64,000 nt of DNA from Octopus sinensis (GCF_006345805.1 NC_043000.1:90644001-90708000), one strand, 5' to 3'. Shown: positions 23,291 through 38,149, counted from the first letter of the stretch. Made by a program: numbers and translations. The notes: generated by a model not told the origin, from the sequence alone.

Positions 23291-23389
23291 TACCTTTTGT
23301 ATTTGAGTACTCTTTTTTCCACCATGTTTTACATTTATGTGCTTACTCCGGTACACACACACACACACACACACAGACACAGACACACA

Positions 23390-23465
<76 letters not shown>

Positions 23466-24814
23466 ATGTAGTTCAGTTCCAATATGCATCTTATGGATGC
23501 GTAGGAATGTGTTGTCAGTAAAGTTTTTGGATTCTCAAGGGAATTCGGATCTTTCAACATTAAAAACCTCGTCGCCTAGTTGACCCACTCGAGGTCTTTT
23601 CCGATAAAAAGCAGATTACATATTTATAGGGCTAACAAATACCGGTGTAATATAATAGTCATGTTTATTTGAAATGTTTTAATTGACAACCAAAATGAAG
23701 AGATTTGTCTCGCAACAGGAATCGAAACCACATACCAATCTCAGCTCGGCCATGTGTACGATATACATAGCTTCAATGATTTGTCTCTAAATCTTCTCCA
23801 TCGAAAGTATTTGATTGTTGTTTTGTTTATTTTCAAGATGAAAAATTCTACTTGTGTATTATTATGTATATCATTAGTAGTAGTTATCGACGTTTGGCTC
23901 CAGTAAATTACATCTAGAAACATGACTCATACAAAGCGCTGTGTAATAATCTCACATGTCTACGTTATTCTCTCTTTTTCTCTGTCTCAATTTTCTTTCA
24001 CTTTCACTCCTATTCTTTTTCTTTCTCTCATATTCTCTCCTCCCTCTCTCTCTCTCTCTCTCTATCTCTTGCTCTTTGTCTTTTAGTAAAACACAGCTTT
24101 CATATTCACTCCAATCTTGCGCTTTTGAATATCTGTCATAGAGAACGTGGTATTAATACGAGTGATGTCAAACTAACAAAGATTAGTAGATACATATCTC
24201 GTTTATAAAACTAATTTTCCAGAAGGGATATTTATGAGTTTGTTGTGATTAACACTGATAGACGTCACAAGCCATTTTTTGTTGTTGTGTGTTCTTTTTG
24301 AAAATTTAATGACAACAACAATTGCAAAAGCGACAGCAACAACAAAGATGACAACGACGACGACGACAAGAAAATTGCAGTAATGGGTAGGAGGTAATGG
24401 AATGAACCACGGAAGCAACAATTAGAAAATAAGAAGAGTTTCTAGAAAGTTCACAGAAACTGTGGAACGCCAACCCAAGTCTTTTGCGATGTTTCGATTC
24501 CTATCTTCACAGTGTCATTTCAAATCTTGGTGAGGTCGACATTTCTGTCAAGATCTCCGGGCCAGAAAATAGATAACCAATAATTGTATGTATGTATTCA
24601 TGTATGTATACACACACACAGACACGTGTGTGTATACATATATATGTATACACACACGTGTGTATATACATATATATGTATACATACACACATATGTATA
24701 TATGTATGTAAATATATGTATGTATGTATATATGGATATATATATATATATATATATACACATACATACATACATAATACATACATACATACATACATAC
24801 ATACATACATACAT

Positions 24815-24845
<31 letters not shown>

Positions 24846-24879
24846 TATGTATATACACGAATACTTGTATATATAATTG

Positions 24880-25025
24880 AAATTTACAGAAAAACAAAAA
24901 ACAAAATCAGCTTTATAAACAACAAGCGTATTAGTTTGACGCTCAGGAAAGTGAGAAAGTCTTTTGCGTTTCGAGTCTACGCTCTTCAACAGAAAGGAAC
25001 ACGAGGAAATAAACTGAGAGAGAAT
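24880..25025 (-). mobile_element. Family A PLE-derived repeat (core CTGTTGA)
   Basis: Minus strand CTTT-CTGTTGA-AGAGCGTAGACTC-GAAACG...GAGCGTC-AAAC. Confidence 0.65.
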
Positions 25026-25079
25026 AAATAAAGTATATATATATGTAAAATAATATATGCAATTGTGTATATATGTATA

Positions 25080-25178
<99 letters not shown>

Positions 25179-25670
25179 GATCGAATACCTACCCCCTTTT
25201 TTATATTTTTGATTAAAAAAAATTTTATTTTTTATTTTTTAAAATCTTTTTCCTCCCCCAAAAGAAAAGCTCTACTTTGTAATTTGTCCCCTCTGTGTTT
25301 AGCCCTGTGTGATTAATAAAGAAACATATCTATCTATCTGTCTATCTTTTAGTATGTTTATTTATCTATCTATCAATCTATCTATCAGTATACCCGTCGT
25401 GTAAAAGAAATGACAAATTATTTGAAACTGATATTTAATAAATGAATCAATATAACACATGCTAGAAGTAGATTTGCTGCATCTGCAACATGTAATGCCA
25501 TACTAGGTTATAATTAACCAAAAATATTTTGTCAATAGTCAATGTTGCATGCATTGCATTCACTTATGATATAAATATCTGTATATGTCCCATACAACGT
25601 TCATTAAACAAAATTTGTATATTGTCATGTATGTATGTACGTTTTGATGTCCTATATATAAAGCTATGAC

Positions 25671-25880
25671 AAGGCGACGAGCTGGCAGAAATGTTAGCAC
25701 GCTGGGCGAAATGCTTAGCGGTATTTCGTCTGTCTTTACGTTCTGAGTTCAAATTCCGCCGAGCTTGACTTTGCCTTTCATCCTTTCGGGATCAATAAAT
25801 TATGTACCAGTTGCGTACTGGGGTAGACTTATCGACTGGCTCCCTCCCACAAAATTTCGGGCCTTGTACATAGAGAAGAA
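25671..25880 (+). mobile_element. SINE S2
   Basis: Near-consensus head and CTTTGCCTTTCATCCTTTCGGGATCAATAAATTATGTACCAG domain. Confidence 0.85.
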
Positions 25881-26019
25881 AAGTATATATAAAGCTATGA
25901 CATCAAAACATACAGACATCACAATACACAAATTTTGTTTAATAAACATTAACTGCATATTTTTATGATGGCGAATATACTGAATTTTTCTGTACAAAAT
26001 GCATTATTTTTATTTACTT

Positions 26020-26323
26020 ATGCGCCCTTTTCAAGCCTAGCCAGGCTCATGGGCCCGGTTTCCCGGTTTCTATGGCGTATGTGTCCCCCCTGAGCTGGAT
26101 GGGACGCCAGTCCATCGCAGCGTTACTCAAGAATCAGAAAGAAAGAGTGAGAAAAAGTTGGGGCGAAAGAGTACAACAGGGGTCTCCACCACTCCCTGTC
26201 GGAGCTCATGGAGCTTTAGGTGTTTTCGCTCAATAAACACACACATCGCCTGGTCTGGGAATCGAAATTGCCATTCTCCGACCGCGAATTCACTATCCTA
26301 ACCACTAGGCCATTGCGCCTCCA
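26020..26323 (-). mobile_element. SINE S3, full length (tail type c)
   Basis: Head TGGAGGCGCAATGGCCTAGTGGTTAGG; tail GCTGCGATGGACTGGCGTCCCATCCAG...AGAAACCGGGAAACCGGGCCCATGAGCC. Confidence 0.85.
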
Positions 26324-26533
26324 TAAAATGTATTACAGTTTTCATTTATGAAAATATGCATATATAAACATATAGATTTCAAACCTTTCACATATACACA
26401 CACTGTGCAGTGCATTATTCATAACTGAACATAATTTAGACGTTCCTTCACTGAGTCTCATTTTTGGGAGAATACATTTGTAATGACACAGCTTTGGACA
26501 TACCCATATCTGTTCTGTTATACAAGAGTGTTA

Positions 26534-26745
26534 AGGTGGCGAGTTGGCAGAATCATTATGATGCCGGACAAAATGCTTAGTGGTATTTCGTCTGTCTTTA
26601 CGTTCTCAGTTCAATTTCCGCCGACTTTGCCTTTAATCCTATCGGGGTCGATAAACTATGTACCAGTCATGTACGGGGGTCACTGTGATTAAATTACCCC
26701 CTACCCACAAATTTCAGGCCTTGTGCCTATGGTAGAAAGGATTAT
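26534..26745 (+). mobile_element. SINE S2, diverged
   Basis: AAGGTGGCGAGTTGGCAGAATC...AAATTTCAGGCCTTGTGCCTATGGTAGAAAGGATT. Confidence 0.75.
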
Positions 26746-27328
26746 ACCAGTGTGGTGGTCCCGCTAAAAGGGTGTCTTCTTATTTCAAGTATAAGCGTAT
26801 CTAAATAGGGTGAATTAGAGGAGTCGCCGTAATGTCCGGTAAAGTGGCTTCTCGTATTTTATTTCAGTGGCATAGGTCTTGAGTCCAAATCCCATCAAGG
26901 TCAGTTTCACCTTTCATTATTCTAGGGATCAATAAAGTTCTAGCCAAATACTGAGATCGATTCTTCTTCCTCTCCTTTCTTATCCTTCATTTTTCCCTTA
27001 TTTTCATTCTCTGTGTAGGAATCGGTTAAATTATCCTGTGAGAAGGGTTGTGCGAAGTGACTCAACTAGTTTATTTCTCGAGAAATCGAAAAGAGGTGGA
27101 CGAGGGGCGGCAAATCTCTCCTCCTCAAAAAAAAAAAACTGATATGCTACCGAACCATCAAAGAATGGACTGCTTGATAGCACCGTATGGAACAGAAATT
27201 TAGAGGATTACATCTCGTAATATGGTTTTAATTATTGAAGCTTCTAGATTTTAATTTTAACGAAATTTGGCTATTAGATTTACCGAATCGAGTGAGCATA
27301 AAAGTCTCTCAGAGGAGAGACCTGACTG

Positions 27329-27407
<79 letters not shown>

Positions 27408-27479
27408 TGGGGCACTGCCTTGGAGAATTTTTAGTCAAATGAATTGAGTTCAATAATTTTTGTATCAGTCTCTGTTGTC

Positions 27480-27594
27480 GAAGATAACATACCAACACCA
27501 GTTGTCAAGCAGTGGTAGAGAACAAACACAGACACACACACACATTCTCACAACATATACACACACACTCACACACGCACGCACACACACACGT

Positions 27595-27652
<58 letters not shown>

Positions 27653-27815
27653 CGGGCTTCTTTCAATTTCCGTCGGCCAAATCCACTCGCAAGGCATTGG
27701 TCGCCCCGACACTATAGTAGAAGACACCTGCCCAGGGTGCTAAGCAGTGGGACTGAACTCGGAACGATGAGACTGTAAAGCAAGCTTCTTACCACATAGC
27801 CACACCTGCGCCTAC
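27480..27815 (-). mobile_element. SINE S1 with internal (CA)n
   Basis: Ends CCACATAGCCACACCTGCGCCTA (reverse complement of head). Confidence 0.8.
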
Positions 27816-27868
27816 TCCCACCCTCACCCCCACACATCCACATACACACAAAAGTACATTTACATCTG

Positions 27869-27933
<65 letters not shown>

Positions 27934-27934
27934 G

Positions 27935-27985
<51 letters not shown>

Positions 27986-28529
27986 GACAAATGTGTTCCG
28001 TTCAACTATTGCTTGTTGCCGCTCTCGCACCAGTTCAACAATATCTTAATATCTTTAAACAAACAAACTTTCAGCCGGCATTTGGACATCCATCCCCTTC
28101 TTCATTCACGAATTCTGTTTATGATTAATGACATTTTTTTACTCATCACTTTCACCCTCGTCAACCTTAGCACTTCTTTTACTACCATCAACAAACACAA
28201 GCTTGTATAACTTACGGTCGGTGAAGGCTCTCGACGGAACGATACGCAAAACTGACCACTTGATCGATATTCTGAAGGGGTCCATATGTAGTTTATTATC
28301 AGAGGATTCTTAACTTACCTCCAGAAATCCTAACTCATAAATCAAAGGTCAGTGAAGGAAAATATGACAATCTAATGCACAACGGATAACTTTATATAGT
28401 TGGCAGGATCGGTTGAGCACCGGATAAACTACATTGCAGTATTTAGTCACCATGTTTAGTTTCCATCTTTCTGGAATCGAAACACAGCACCAATCAAGTA
28501 GTGGGGTTTTGTGTCTATGTTGAACGCTA

Positions 28530-28663
<134 letters not shown>

Positions 28664-28684
28664 TTATTATTATTATTATTCAAT

Positions 28685-29370
28685 ATTATTTTTGTAACTT
28701 GTTTCTCTGCACTACCGAAGGCAGCTAGGCGTGCCTTGGGTATGTGCTGTAGTTTTTTGCGATGCTCTTTTAGTTACTGTATTGAAAGTTTTTTGTGTGC
28801 TGTGCCTAGTATTGCTATTTTCTCTAACAACTATATCTGGATCTCTAACAACTATATCTGGCCTATTGGCCTTAATTTCTCAGTGTGTATTGGCATACCC
28901 CATAGTATTGTTGCTTTCTCATTTTCAGCGACCTTTTCTGGCGTGTGCCTATACCATATTTTTTCTGTTGTTATTCCATAGTGTCGGCATAGCTTCCAGT
29001 GTATGTAGGTCCCAACTCTGTCGTGTCTGTGAATATATTCCTTCTTAGCCAAGACTGGGCAACTAGAGACAATATGATTTATTGTTTCTTGTCCACCTTC
29101 AAATATTCTGCAGTTACTTGTTTCTTTTCCTTATATGGTTTTGGTAATTTCTGGTGGGAAGGCTTTGGTTTTGTGCTGCAGTTAAAAATCCTTCAGTCTC
29201 TGCTTTGAGTCCTGAGTTTCTCAGCCATTGATGAGATTTTGCCTTGTCTATTTATTTTGCGTTTAATTTAACCCAGTATTTGCCATGAAAGGGATTTTCT
29301 TGCCATCATTTTATCATGATCCGTTGCTGTTCAAGTTTTAGTTTGGATTTCATTTGTTTTACAGCTTTTG

Positions 29371-29372
<2 letters not shown>
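28685..29372 (-). mobile_element. R4/Dong LINE 3' fragment with internal deletions, between (TAT)n arrays
   Basis: HGKY..KSHQWLRNSGLKAETEGFLTAAQNQSLPTRNY..LAKKEYIHRHDRVGTYIHWKLC..HTPEKVAENEKATILW. Confidence 0.85.
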
Positions 29373-29409
<37 letters not shown>

Positions 29410-29422
<13 letters not shown>

Positions 29423-29857
29423 TAGTTTTATTTTTATAGCGTGCTTTCACTTCACTACCGAGCGCAGCTCTGTGTGCCTTGGGTATGTGCTGTGATTTGT
29501 TGTGATGCTCTGATGGTTATTGTATGGAAAGTGTTCTGCGTAGGATGTGTGCAGTGCCTAGTAGTGCAATTTTCTGTATGTTATATGTGTTTGTAAGTCC
29601 TGGTGTTTTTGTTATGTATTTGTCTGAATATTTTTTTATCATGCCTAATGCACCTACTATGATAGGAATTGTTTCTGTTTTCAGATTCCACATTCTAGTT
29701 ACCTCTATTTCCAGGTTTTTGTATTTTGAGAGTTGCTCCATTTCTTTTAGAGACACGTTGTCATCTGCCGGTATTGATACATCAATTAGAAAGCATTTTT
29801 TTTCTTCATGATCTCTGACAACTATATCTGGTCTGTTGGCCTTAATTTCTCTATCTG

Positions 29858-29860
<3 letters not shown>
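29410..29860 (-). mobile_element. R4/Dong LINE 3' end (RLE domain plus 3' UTR), between (TAT)n arrays
   Basis: TDREIKANRPDIVV..CFLIDVSIPADDNVSLKEMEQLSKYKNLEIE..GTAHILRRTL; 3' UTR shared with the 28685 copy. Confidence 0.88.
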
Positions 29861-29898
<38 letters not shown>

Positions 29899-29900
<2 letters not shown>

Positions 29901-30017
29901 GAGTGAGCGAGCAGAGCATGCCATCAAAGTGACACTGGGGTAAAATATACGAAGCCCAGTATACCCATCATGACTACCCGTCTGATAAGGGTACACCAGG
30001 CACATGCATCACAACCA

Positions 30018-30018
<1 letters not shown>
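29899..30018 (-). mobile_element. Family T, 120-bp 3' piece
   Basis: Matches 17851-17970; flanked by (TAT)n. Confidence 0.75.
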
Positions 30019-30074
<56 letters not shown>

Positions 30075-30102
30075 CATCATCATCATCATCATCATCATTA
30101 CT

Positions 30103-30320
30103 AAGGCGGTGCGCTGACAGAAACGTTAGCGTGCCGGGAAAATGTTTAGCGGTATTTCGTCCGTCCTTACGTTCTGAGTTCAAATTCCGCCGAGGTCGAC
30201 TTTGCCTTTCATCCTTTGGGGTCAATAAATTAAGTACCAATGAAATACTGGGGTCGATATAAACGACTCATTTCCTTCCCCAATATTTCAGGCCATGTGC
30301 CTTAAATAGAAAGGATATTA
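30103..30320 (+). mobile_element. SINE S2
   Basis: Near-consensus head and central domain. Confidence 0.85.
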
Positions 30321-30324
30321 TTAA

Positions 30325-30371
<47 letters not shown>

Positions 30372-30376
30372 TATTA

Positions 30377-30496
30377 TTGAGTGAGAGAGCAGTTCATGCC
30401 ATCAAAGTGACACTGGGGTAAAATATACGAAGCCCAATATACCCATCATGACTACCCGTCTGATAAAGGTACACCAGGCACATGCATCACAACCAT
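30377..30496 (-). mobile_element. Family T, 120-bp 3' piece (same boundaries as 29899 copy)
   Basis: TTGAGTGAGAGAGCAG...CATGCATCACAACCAT. Confidence 0.75.
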
Positions 30497-33400
30497 TATT
30501 ATTATTATTATTATTATTATTAATATTAGGTAGTGTTGATTTTGTTGTTCTTAATAGCATTATTAGCGGCATTTCTTGGGGCTTCATGTTCTGAGTTACA
30601 ATACCGCCGAGGTTGACGTTGCGTTTCGAATAAGATACATCAATGACTTGCACATTTATTTTATATTTCGATATTTTGGAGTTTTTATCCTCTTTTCAGG
30701 AAAAGTATATCGGAGTTTTGGTGTCGCGAAGTAGCTTCCCTGCTCTTTAGTATCTCTGTGTATATGTATGTCGTGCATGAAGAATGGGGACTTGGCATGC
30801 GCAGGATAGCATTGCTTAAAAAGTCAATCAACTGCATGCAGCTCTATTCCGTTATTAATACGTGATTTTATCATGCTAAAGGTGATTGGTTCTCTTATTC
30901 CTAAGTTCCAAATGTTTTGTTCCGTGGCGTCAATGGAGACCTAGATGCCTTCAGTTTGGTATTTACGCAGGTGTGTTTTTGACAGAATAAGTATCAGTAT
31001 AGAGATTTTCTTTAACCCGAATGTGCACTTATTGTATTTATCCTTTGTGATTTTATACACTATATAGAACCGCAAACATATGCTCTCATTGTTGATTTGG
31101 TAGTTGGGCAATGTGCATATGGCGTTGCTGTGCGTAGGTCGATTTTTAGCTATGAACTCGGTAAATAAGCAAAACGATTAACTGAATATACAAAATCTGG
31201 TTATTAAACGTCAATATCATATATTTGTTTTCATTTCTCAATAACATCATTTAATTAACTAGATTGCAGTTATTAAGAAATGTTGGTTTAAATATTTAAT
31301 TCATTAGATTTGGTATTTTAAAATTTACTTGAATAAAAAGATACTTAACTTGCAGCGTTTTTATTTTAAGTTCAAACCCTATCCAAATCAACTATTAAGT
31401 TCATCTGTCTAAGTTTCGATTCAACATGTACCAGCTAAATACTAAAATGTGTTTAAAGAAATGTTTCCGCCATCAAGCATTCATTTATTATTTACATAAA
31501 AGTGATACATGCAGCGAAGCATGGGCTTCAAAGAGACTTATTCAATGAGTTACTTACAAAAACAAACGTTGATATGACTGTGTGATTAAGTTACTAGTTT
31601 TATAGTCAAACGGTTCAATTCTTAATTCCGACCCGGTAAAATCTGAACCTTTGATATGGAATAGATCATACTTTGATATGGAATAAACCATAAAGATTTG
31701 CAACAAATACTTGTTGAAATAACTTTACTGGAGCAATATTTAACAATCATTAGCTTCCACTCAACTCGCAGTTCTGCTTATTAACGAAGATGGCTACAGT
31801 CGGTTACATAACTTTAAATTATAGTTATGACCGCAAATTTCTGGGTCAGTATAATTCTTTCTTTTAAAGACACAAGGCCTGAAATGTTGTGTGTAGGTCG
31901 GTCTTTAATTATGAACTTGGTGAATAAGGGAAATGAATAAGTGAATATTTAAATATTACAATAACCAGTGCATAACTGGTACTTATTTCGTTGAACCTGA
32001 AATGATAAAAGACGAAGTCTACCTGAGAAAAATTTGAACTCGGAACATAAAGACGGGCGAAATGCCGCTTTGCATTTTGTCGGGTGTGCTAACTATTCTG
32101 CCAGTCCGCTGCCTTCTAGGTCAATATAATAAGCTCAGAGAAAGTACTGAGGTCGATGTAATCGACAAAATACCCTTGGAGATAATACTCCAGAATGGAC
32201 GCAATCCAGTGATGAAGCCAGTAAAATAATAATAGAATAAATAACATTATGTTTGTCTACACAAAACCAAAGTATGCCACGGAACGCGTAGAATGATTTA
32301 TCTTCGCAAGCTAGTCGAAGCCATAATGGGTATACAGACAGAATTAAACGTATGCAAATTACAGCAGAGGAAGCTACCCGACAAAAAAGTATCACAGGAA
32401 TCGAATGAAGTGATTTAGAAGCAATGACAGATAAGGATTAAAAAAAGGCATATCTTATGACGGCAAACTGAAGGCTTAAACATGTCAGTAGAAAAACTGT
32501 CTAGGAACAAACCACATCAAAAACGTGAGTTGATAAAATACCTGATAATAAATACAAGTTGTATGGCAATGTAGATGAAGCAATTTACTGTTTTGTTTGC
32601 AAATGTTGTAAAATGGCTGAAAGCGATTATAAAAATGACATTTATTGGATAGATGAAGAACATTCATTAGGAAGTGGGTAAGAGGTACAGTATGAAAGTG
32701 AATAAGAAATTTGTTTGAACACCAACCGGAAACAATAATGGAAAATGTCCATAATAAAATTCTACGCGATTTTTCTGTGCAAACAATTTTCTCAACGACC
32801 AGATTGAATAATGATCAATAAAAAAAATAATACAATTCAGTTAATTCCTTATGACAACACGGTTGTCCTGAAAGAGAGCTGATCGATATATAACGGAATC
32901 TGGGAAGGAAGCTATAAAATTATTTAAGTATCTATAATACCTATCGTTATAGGAATGACTGAAATTGAAAAAAGAAAAATAATAAAACAAACAAACAAAT
33001 CAGAAATAGCTACAGAAAGGAAAAAATAAAAGCAAACACATATACCGAAAAAGAATTGAACAAGAATTGTATTAAAGATAAGGTCGTTGAATTGCAAAAA
33101 AAGTCATTAACTTTGTAACAATCTTCAAAACATGTCTTGTATTTTGAAGAGTTGGTGACATCATTAACACTATCATTTCGTCACCGTTGATAAATCTGTG
33201 ATGTGTTAAGTCAAAGGAAGAATATACGTTAATAATCTTTAAAAATTACATACGTACAATCCATGACAATAGCAGATACGAAATTAAAAGATATTGCAGA
33301 AAAGGACTTATGTGCATCTAGATAAGTATAGATTTAGATATATAGATATACAAAGGAAGAGAGAGACGAAAAGGTGTGTATGTTTCTGTGTGTGTGTCTG

Positions 33401-34904
33401 TGTGAAAGGGTTCAAATGAATGTCTGTTGAATAGATCTTTCTCCTCCTTCTTGTTATACCTTAAAAATTCCAATGCATCATGTCTGAGAATTTGTCGAAC
33501 CACTATATTACGGGTATATAAACATGCCAAAACTGATTTTTAAGCGGTGGTGCGCGCTCAAAGACAGATACGAAAACACACACACAGCGATACATACATA
33601 AATGCAGGTATACACACACACACACGCACACACAGAGGCTCACATATGTATGGATGCATGCGTGTGTATGATATTTTACCCGTGGTTTCCAACAAACCAG
33701 AGAGTACTCAATACGTTCGTAGATTATTCTTAATAATTTGTAGTAGCAAAATTTCTCTTTACGGTTCCATGACTTTAAGCATCACGCCGGCAAATACAAT
33801 TGCAACTTGAAAATTATTGTTTAATTCAAAATCCATTCGTAAATGCTGTCTTTCAGCCTTACCGTTTGCTCATATAACATTATCTCAGTACTAAACACCA
33901 TCAAAGATTTGCTTCTTGAATAACGTTATCTGTTTATGATGGCACCTGAAAATTTAACTGTTCAGTTTAAGCAGATGTCTCAAACATGTGATTGTTGTTG
34001 CAGAACGCTCTTCTCTACTACTAAGAATGTCTGATTCATAAAAAACTAAGCTTTCATTCAACAGGTTTCTCCAAGTATTTTCCGCTATTATTCTTTTAAA
34101 ATCATAACCTCATTCGCATCGATTTTTTGATTTACAGCCATGTACATGCTAGATTTAAAATGAAAGAAAATGACGCCGAGAATGTAGAGTATAGACATCT
34201 CTGTCCTGAGCAAGAGAAACAAATAAGCAAATACTTAAAAGTAGTTTAGTGAGCGTCAGTATTCTTTCATTGTTTTATTTGTTTCAGTCATTGGAATGCG
34301 GCAATGCTGGAGCACCGCCTTTAGTCGATAAATTTCTTTTCATTTCTCAATAGCATCATTTAGTTCACTGATGAATTTTTGCAGAAAAAATATAAGACGT
34401 TTCTTGGTTTATTTTTCTAAATGTGTTATCAACTTGCAGTTACTTTTACATGTATAATTTGTGTATGTATAAATGTTATGTTTTCTATTTTGCTACCTTC
34501 ATACGTTTACTGAGCGATGTTGTTGAAAAATGGAAACAGAAATCTATAACAATTCTTTCTAAATTTGACCAGAAATGAATTACTTATTTTAAAAATAATT
34601 ATTCTCATTCCTTACAGTATCCATTTAATTAATTGAGATTACACATTTTTGTTTATTATACCATATATGCTAGCGTCAAGTTATATTGTTTAATAATAGT
34701 GAGTAAAATTCATAGGTCTTTATGCAATTTATAATAGCTTTCACTGTCACGAAACTTAAAATGATGTGCAACGCTAACTAGTGTATTTGTATGTGTTTGA
34801 ACACACACACACACACATACACACACACGCGCGCGCACACATACACACATACACACACATTTATATGCGTGTGTATTCATGTATACCTCTATATGTTTGT
34901 AAGT

Positions 34905-35118
34905 ATGTAACTATGTAGGTTGTTGTCGATTTATTTCCTCCGTCTTCCTTTTCTTTTGGAATTTCCTCTGTCTCCTGTTCCTGAAGAAGAGCTTTGCTCG
35001 AAACGTAAAAACTACATTTTTTCACTTCTCTGAACACCTGTTCATACATTGCATGTACCACGTTCTCGCGTTGTTGTTATATTCTTGTTGATGTGTTTCT
35101 TTCTTCGTTTTGGGGATT
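34905..35118 (+). mobile_element. Family A PLE-derived repeat (core CTGAAGA, cleavage site degenerate)
   Basis: CTGAAGA-AGAGC-TTT-GCTC-GAAACG at 34981. Confidence 0.7.
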
Positions 35119-35119
35119 A

Positions 35120-35705
35120 TATATATAAGCTCTCAACATACCTCACACTCTTTTACTCTTCACCCTCTCATCTCTTCCTCTCTCTCTCCCTCACCTCTCT
35201 CTTCCTTTCTATCATTTTATCCTGACCACTAGCTAGCACACCTCTTTCTTCATTTGTTTATTGTCTCTCTCCTTTTTTGTCTCTTCTTGTTTTGATTTGA
35301 CCTTACAAACACATTCCCAACTTTTAAGTCACCCTCGATCGAATAGCACCGTTTACAAAACTCTATGATTGGAATGACCAATTATTATACACACCATTGG
35401 AACAAACACACAAGGTACAGGAAACTTATATACACACCATTCTGCTTAAATAATAGAACAGCAGATACAATATCCTTACGTATCTCACGTCTGTTTTTAT
35501 TACTCTACTTCACTCTGTATTTCGTTTCTTCTCTATAATAACTATTACTTAAACATTTTCTCGCATCGTCTCTGATGAAGGGATATATAAAATATCCCGG
35601 AAACAGCGGCAAGACCTCTTTATAAGTGTGTACGGTACAGTATTTTAAATGTAAGATTGTCTGTATCATGCACAAAGTTTTTCTCCTTTCTTTGATCAAT
35701 GATTT
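35120..35705 (+). mobile_element. Solo PLE pseudo-LTR-like segment with degenerate hammerhead at 35568-35615
   Basis: GTCT-CTGATGA-A-GGGATAT-ATAAA-ATATCCC-G-GAAA-CAGCGGC-A-AGAC. Confidence 0.55.
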
Positions 35706-36447
35706 ATATGATATTAGGGGTAATGCTTAACATGATGATGATGAAGGTATTAGTGGTAATCATGATGATGATGGTAATGATTAAGAGGACGTCGACGACA
35801 ACGACGATGATGATGGTGAGGTAACATTGTTTAAGATTACGATGACGATATCATAATGAAGATGGCGCTGAGAATGGTGAAGTTAATGGTGATGCTAGTG
35901 ATGGTGTTGATGATATTGATGGTGAAATAAGATGCTGGTGAAATAAGATGCTGGTGAAATAAGATGCTGTTATTGTTGTTGATGATGATGACGAAGACGT
36001 CAATAACGACAACAAATGTCGATGATGATGATGACAATGACTTCTTCGTTGATAACGATGGCGATGATGATAAAGATGCTGACGGTAACGATGATGATGA
36101 TGATGATTATGTAAATGAAAACAATTTTGGTTGTGGTGATGAGGCTCATGGTTAATAAGAAGATGACGAGACAGAGGAGAAGGGAAGGATGCGGATGCCA
36201 ATGACTAGGACGAAATCATTGGTGTCGAAGATATGAAAAACGAAAGTATATTAGGGAATCAGAAGAAGTAGGAAAATAGAAAAAAACAAACAATGAATAA
36301 ATAAACAAATAATTCATTAAATAAATAAATAAAAATGATGACGAGAAGGATGAGTAGAAGATGTAATGGTGGGAATAATGACAGAAATTAATATTATTGG
36401 CATCAAAAATAATGATGATGATGATGTTAATAATAAAAATAATACTG

Positions 36448-36650
<203 letters not shown>

Positions 36651-36863
36651 AATATGGACAGTGAAAACTACGATTGGAAATGTGATCAAAAGCGAAAACA
36701 TTTTTTAAAAACGGACGAAACATTATATATATACACACTCTCCCATACACACACACATATATATATACATATATTCATACATACATACATATATATATAT
36801 ACATACATATAGCGCGCATATACATAAATGTATATATATATATATGCAGGTATGTATGCCCAT

Positions 36864-36930
<67 letters not shown>

Positions 36931-37340
36931 TACATATGTATATGTATACATACATACATACATACATACATACATACATACACACATACACACATACATA
37001 CATATACATAAACACATACAAAATTCTTAGGAAACCAGCAACAAACAATTTTTTTTAAAAAGGTTTACAATAATCGTGATAATGGTAAAAGTAGCACTCT
37101 CAGCACCTCCAGAAGCAGCATAACCAGCAGCTGTAGCAGCCCAGAACCGCACCAACGTGAACAGCAGCAGCGGCAGCACCAGCAGCAAGTCGAAATAAGG
37201 AAGAAGAAATCTGGCGAATTTTTGTGGTGTGTATCTTAATTAAAAAGTTATATTAAATAGGAAATGGCGTTATTGGTTGAGCTGCCTGGAACTGGCAGAA
37301 ATGTCAGCCACTATCTGATGTATCAACATTGCTTGCTTGC

Positions 37341-37411
<71 letters not shown>

Positions 37412-38118
37412 GTTATTATTATTATTATCATCATTATTATCATTATTATAGTTTTTTTTAAAAATCAGTCTCTATTTCTCTCTCCTTCTCTCAGCCGGTT
37501 TCGTTTTCTCTTTATCTTTCTCATTTTTTGACGTTTACACGTTGTGACATCTCTGTAAAATAATGTTGAAACTGGAAGAGGTGAAAACAGTTTTACAGAA
37601 AGACAGACGAGCGAAGGGGTTGGTTATTAACTTATTTAAATAGCGGATTCCTGACTGTTTTTTTTTCTTCTGGCGGGCCTACTGATACATCGGCTAGCTT
37701 GCTAGCGGGTTCCTTGACAAACTAGTTGGGTAGGTTGCTGACGGATTCCTTGACTAAGAAGTTGGGTAGCTAGCTGGCGAGGTTCTTGACCATTTGCTCA
37801 GTTGGTTTGTTAGCGGGTTGTTTGGCTAACTTGTTTGTTAGCCTGATGGGGGGATCCTTGATTAAATAAAACTTGGGCTGCCTGAAGAGACTCGTACACG
37901 GCTGACTAGGCACTTCCGTACTGTAGAGTGGTTTCAACCATTAAATTGTAGTCATACTGGAACAGCAGCTCTTAAGTGCTTTAGTCGATCAGGTCAAGCC
38001 TAGTACTTATTTTATCACTGTTTATATATCGATTCGTTAGATTACGTTTTTGTCATGAAGGGACTAACCGCAACACACCAGCTTAAAACAACACATAAAC
38101 ATAATCACTGGAATATAC

Positions 38119-38149
<31 letters not shown>

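Noticed and set aside
37882-37920. CTGAAGA core-like match (also CTGATGA-type matches at 8582, 18045 minus, 34372 and 49530 minus)
   Set aside because: No closing stem II plus GAAA and no stem I/III pairing; chance heptamers
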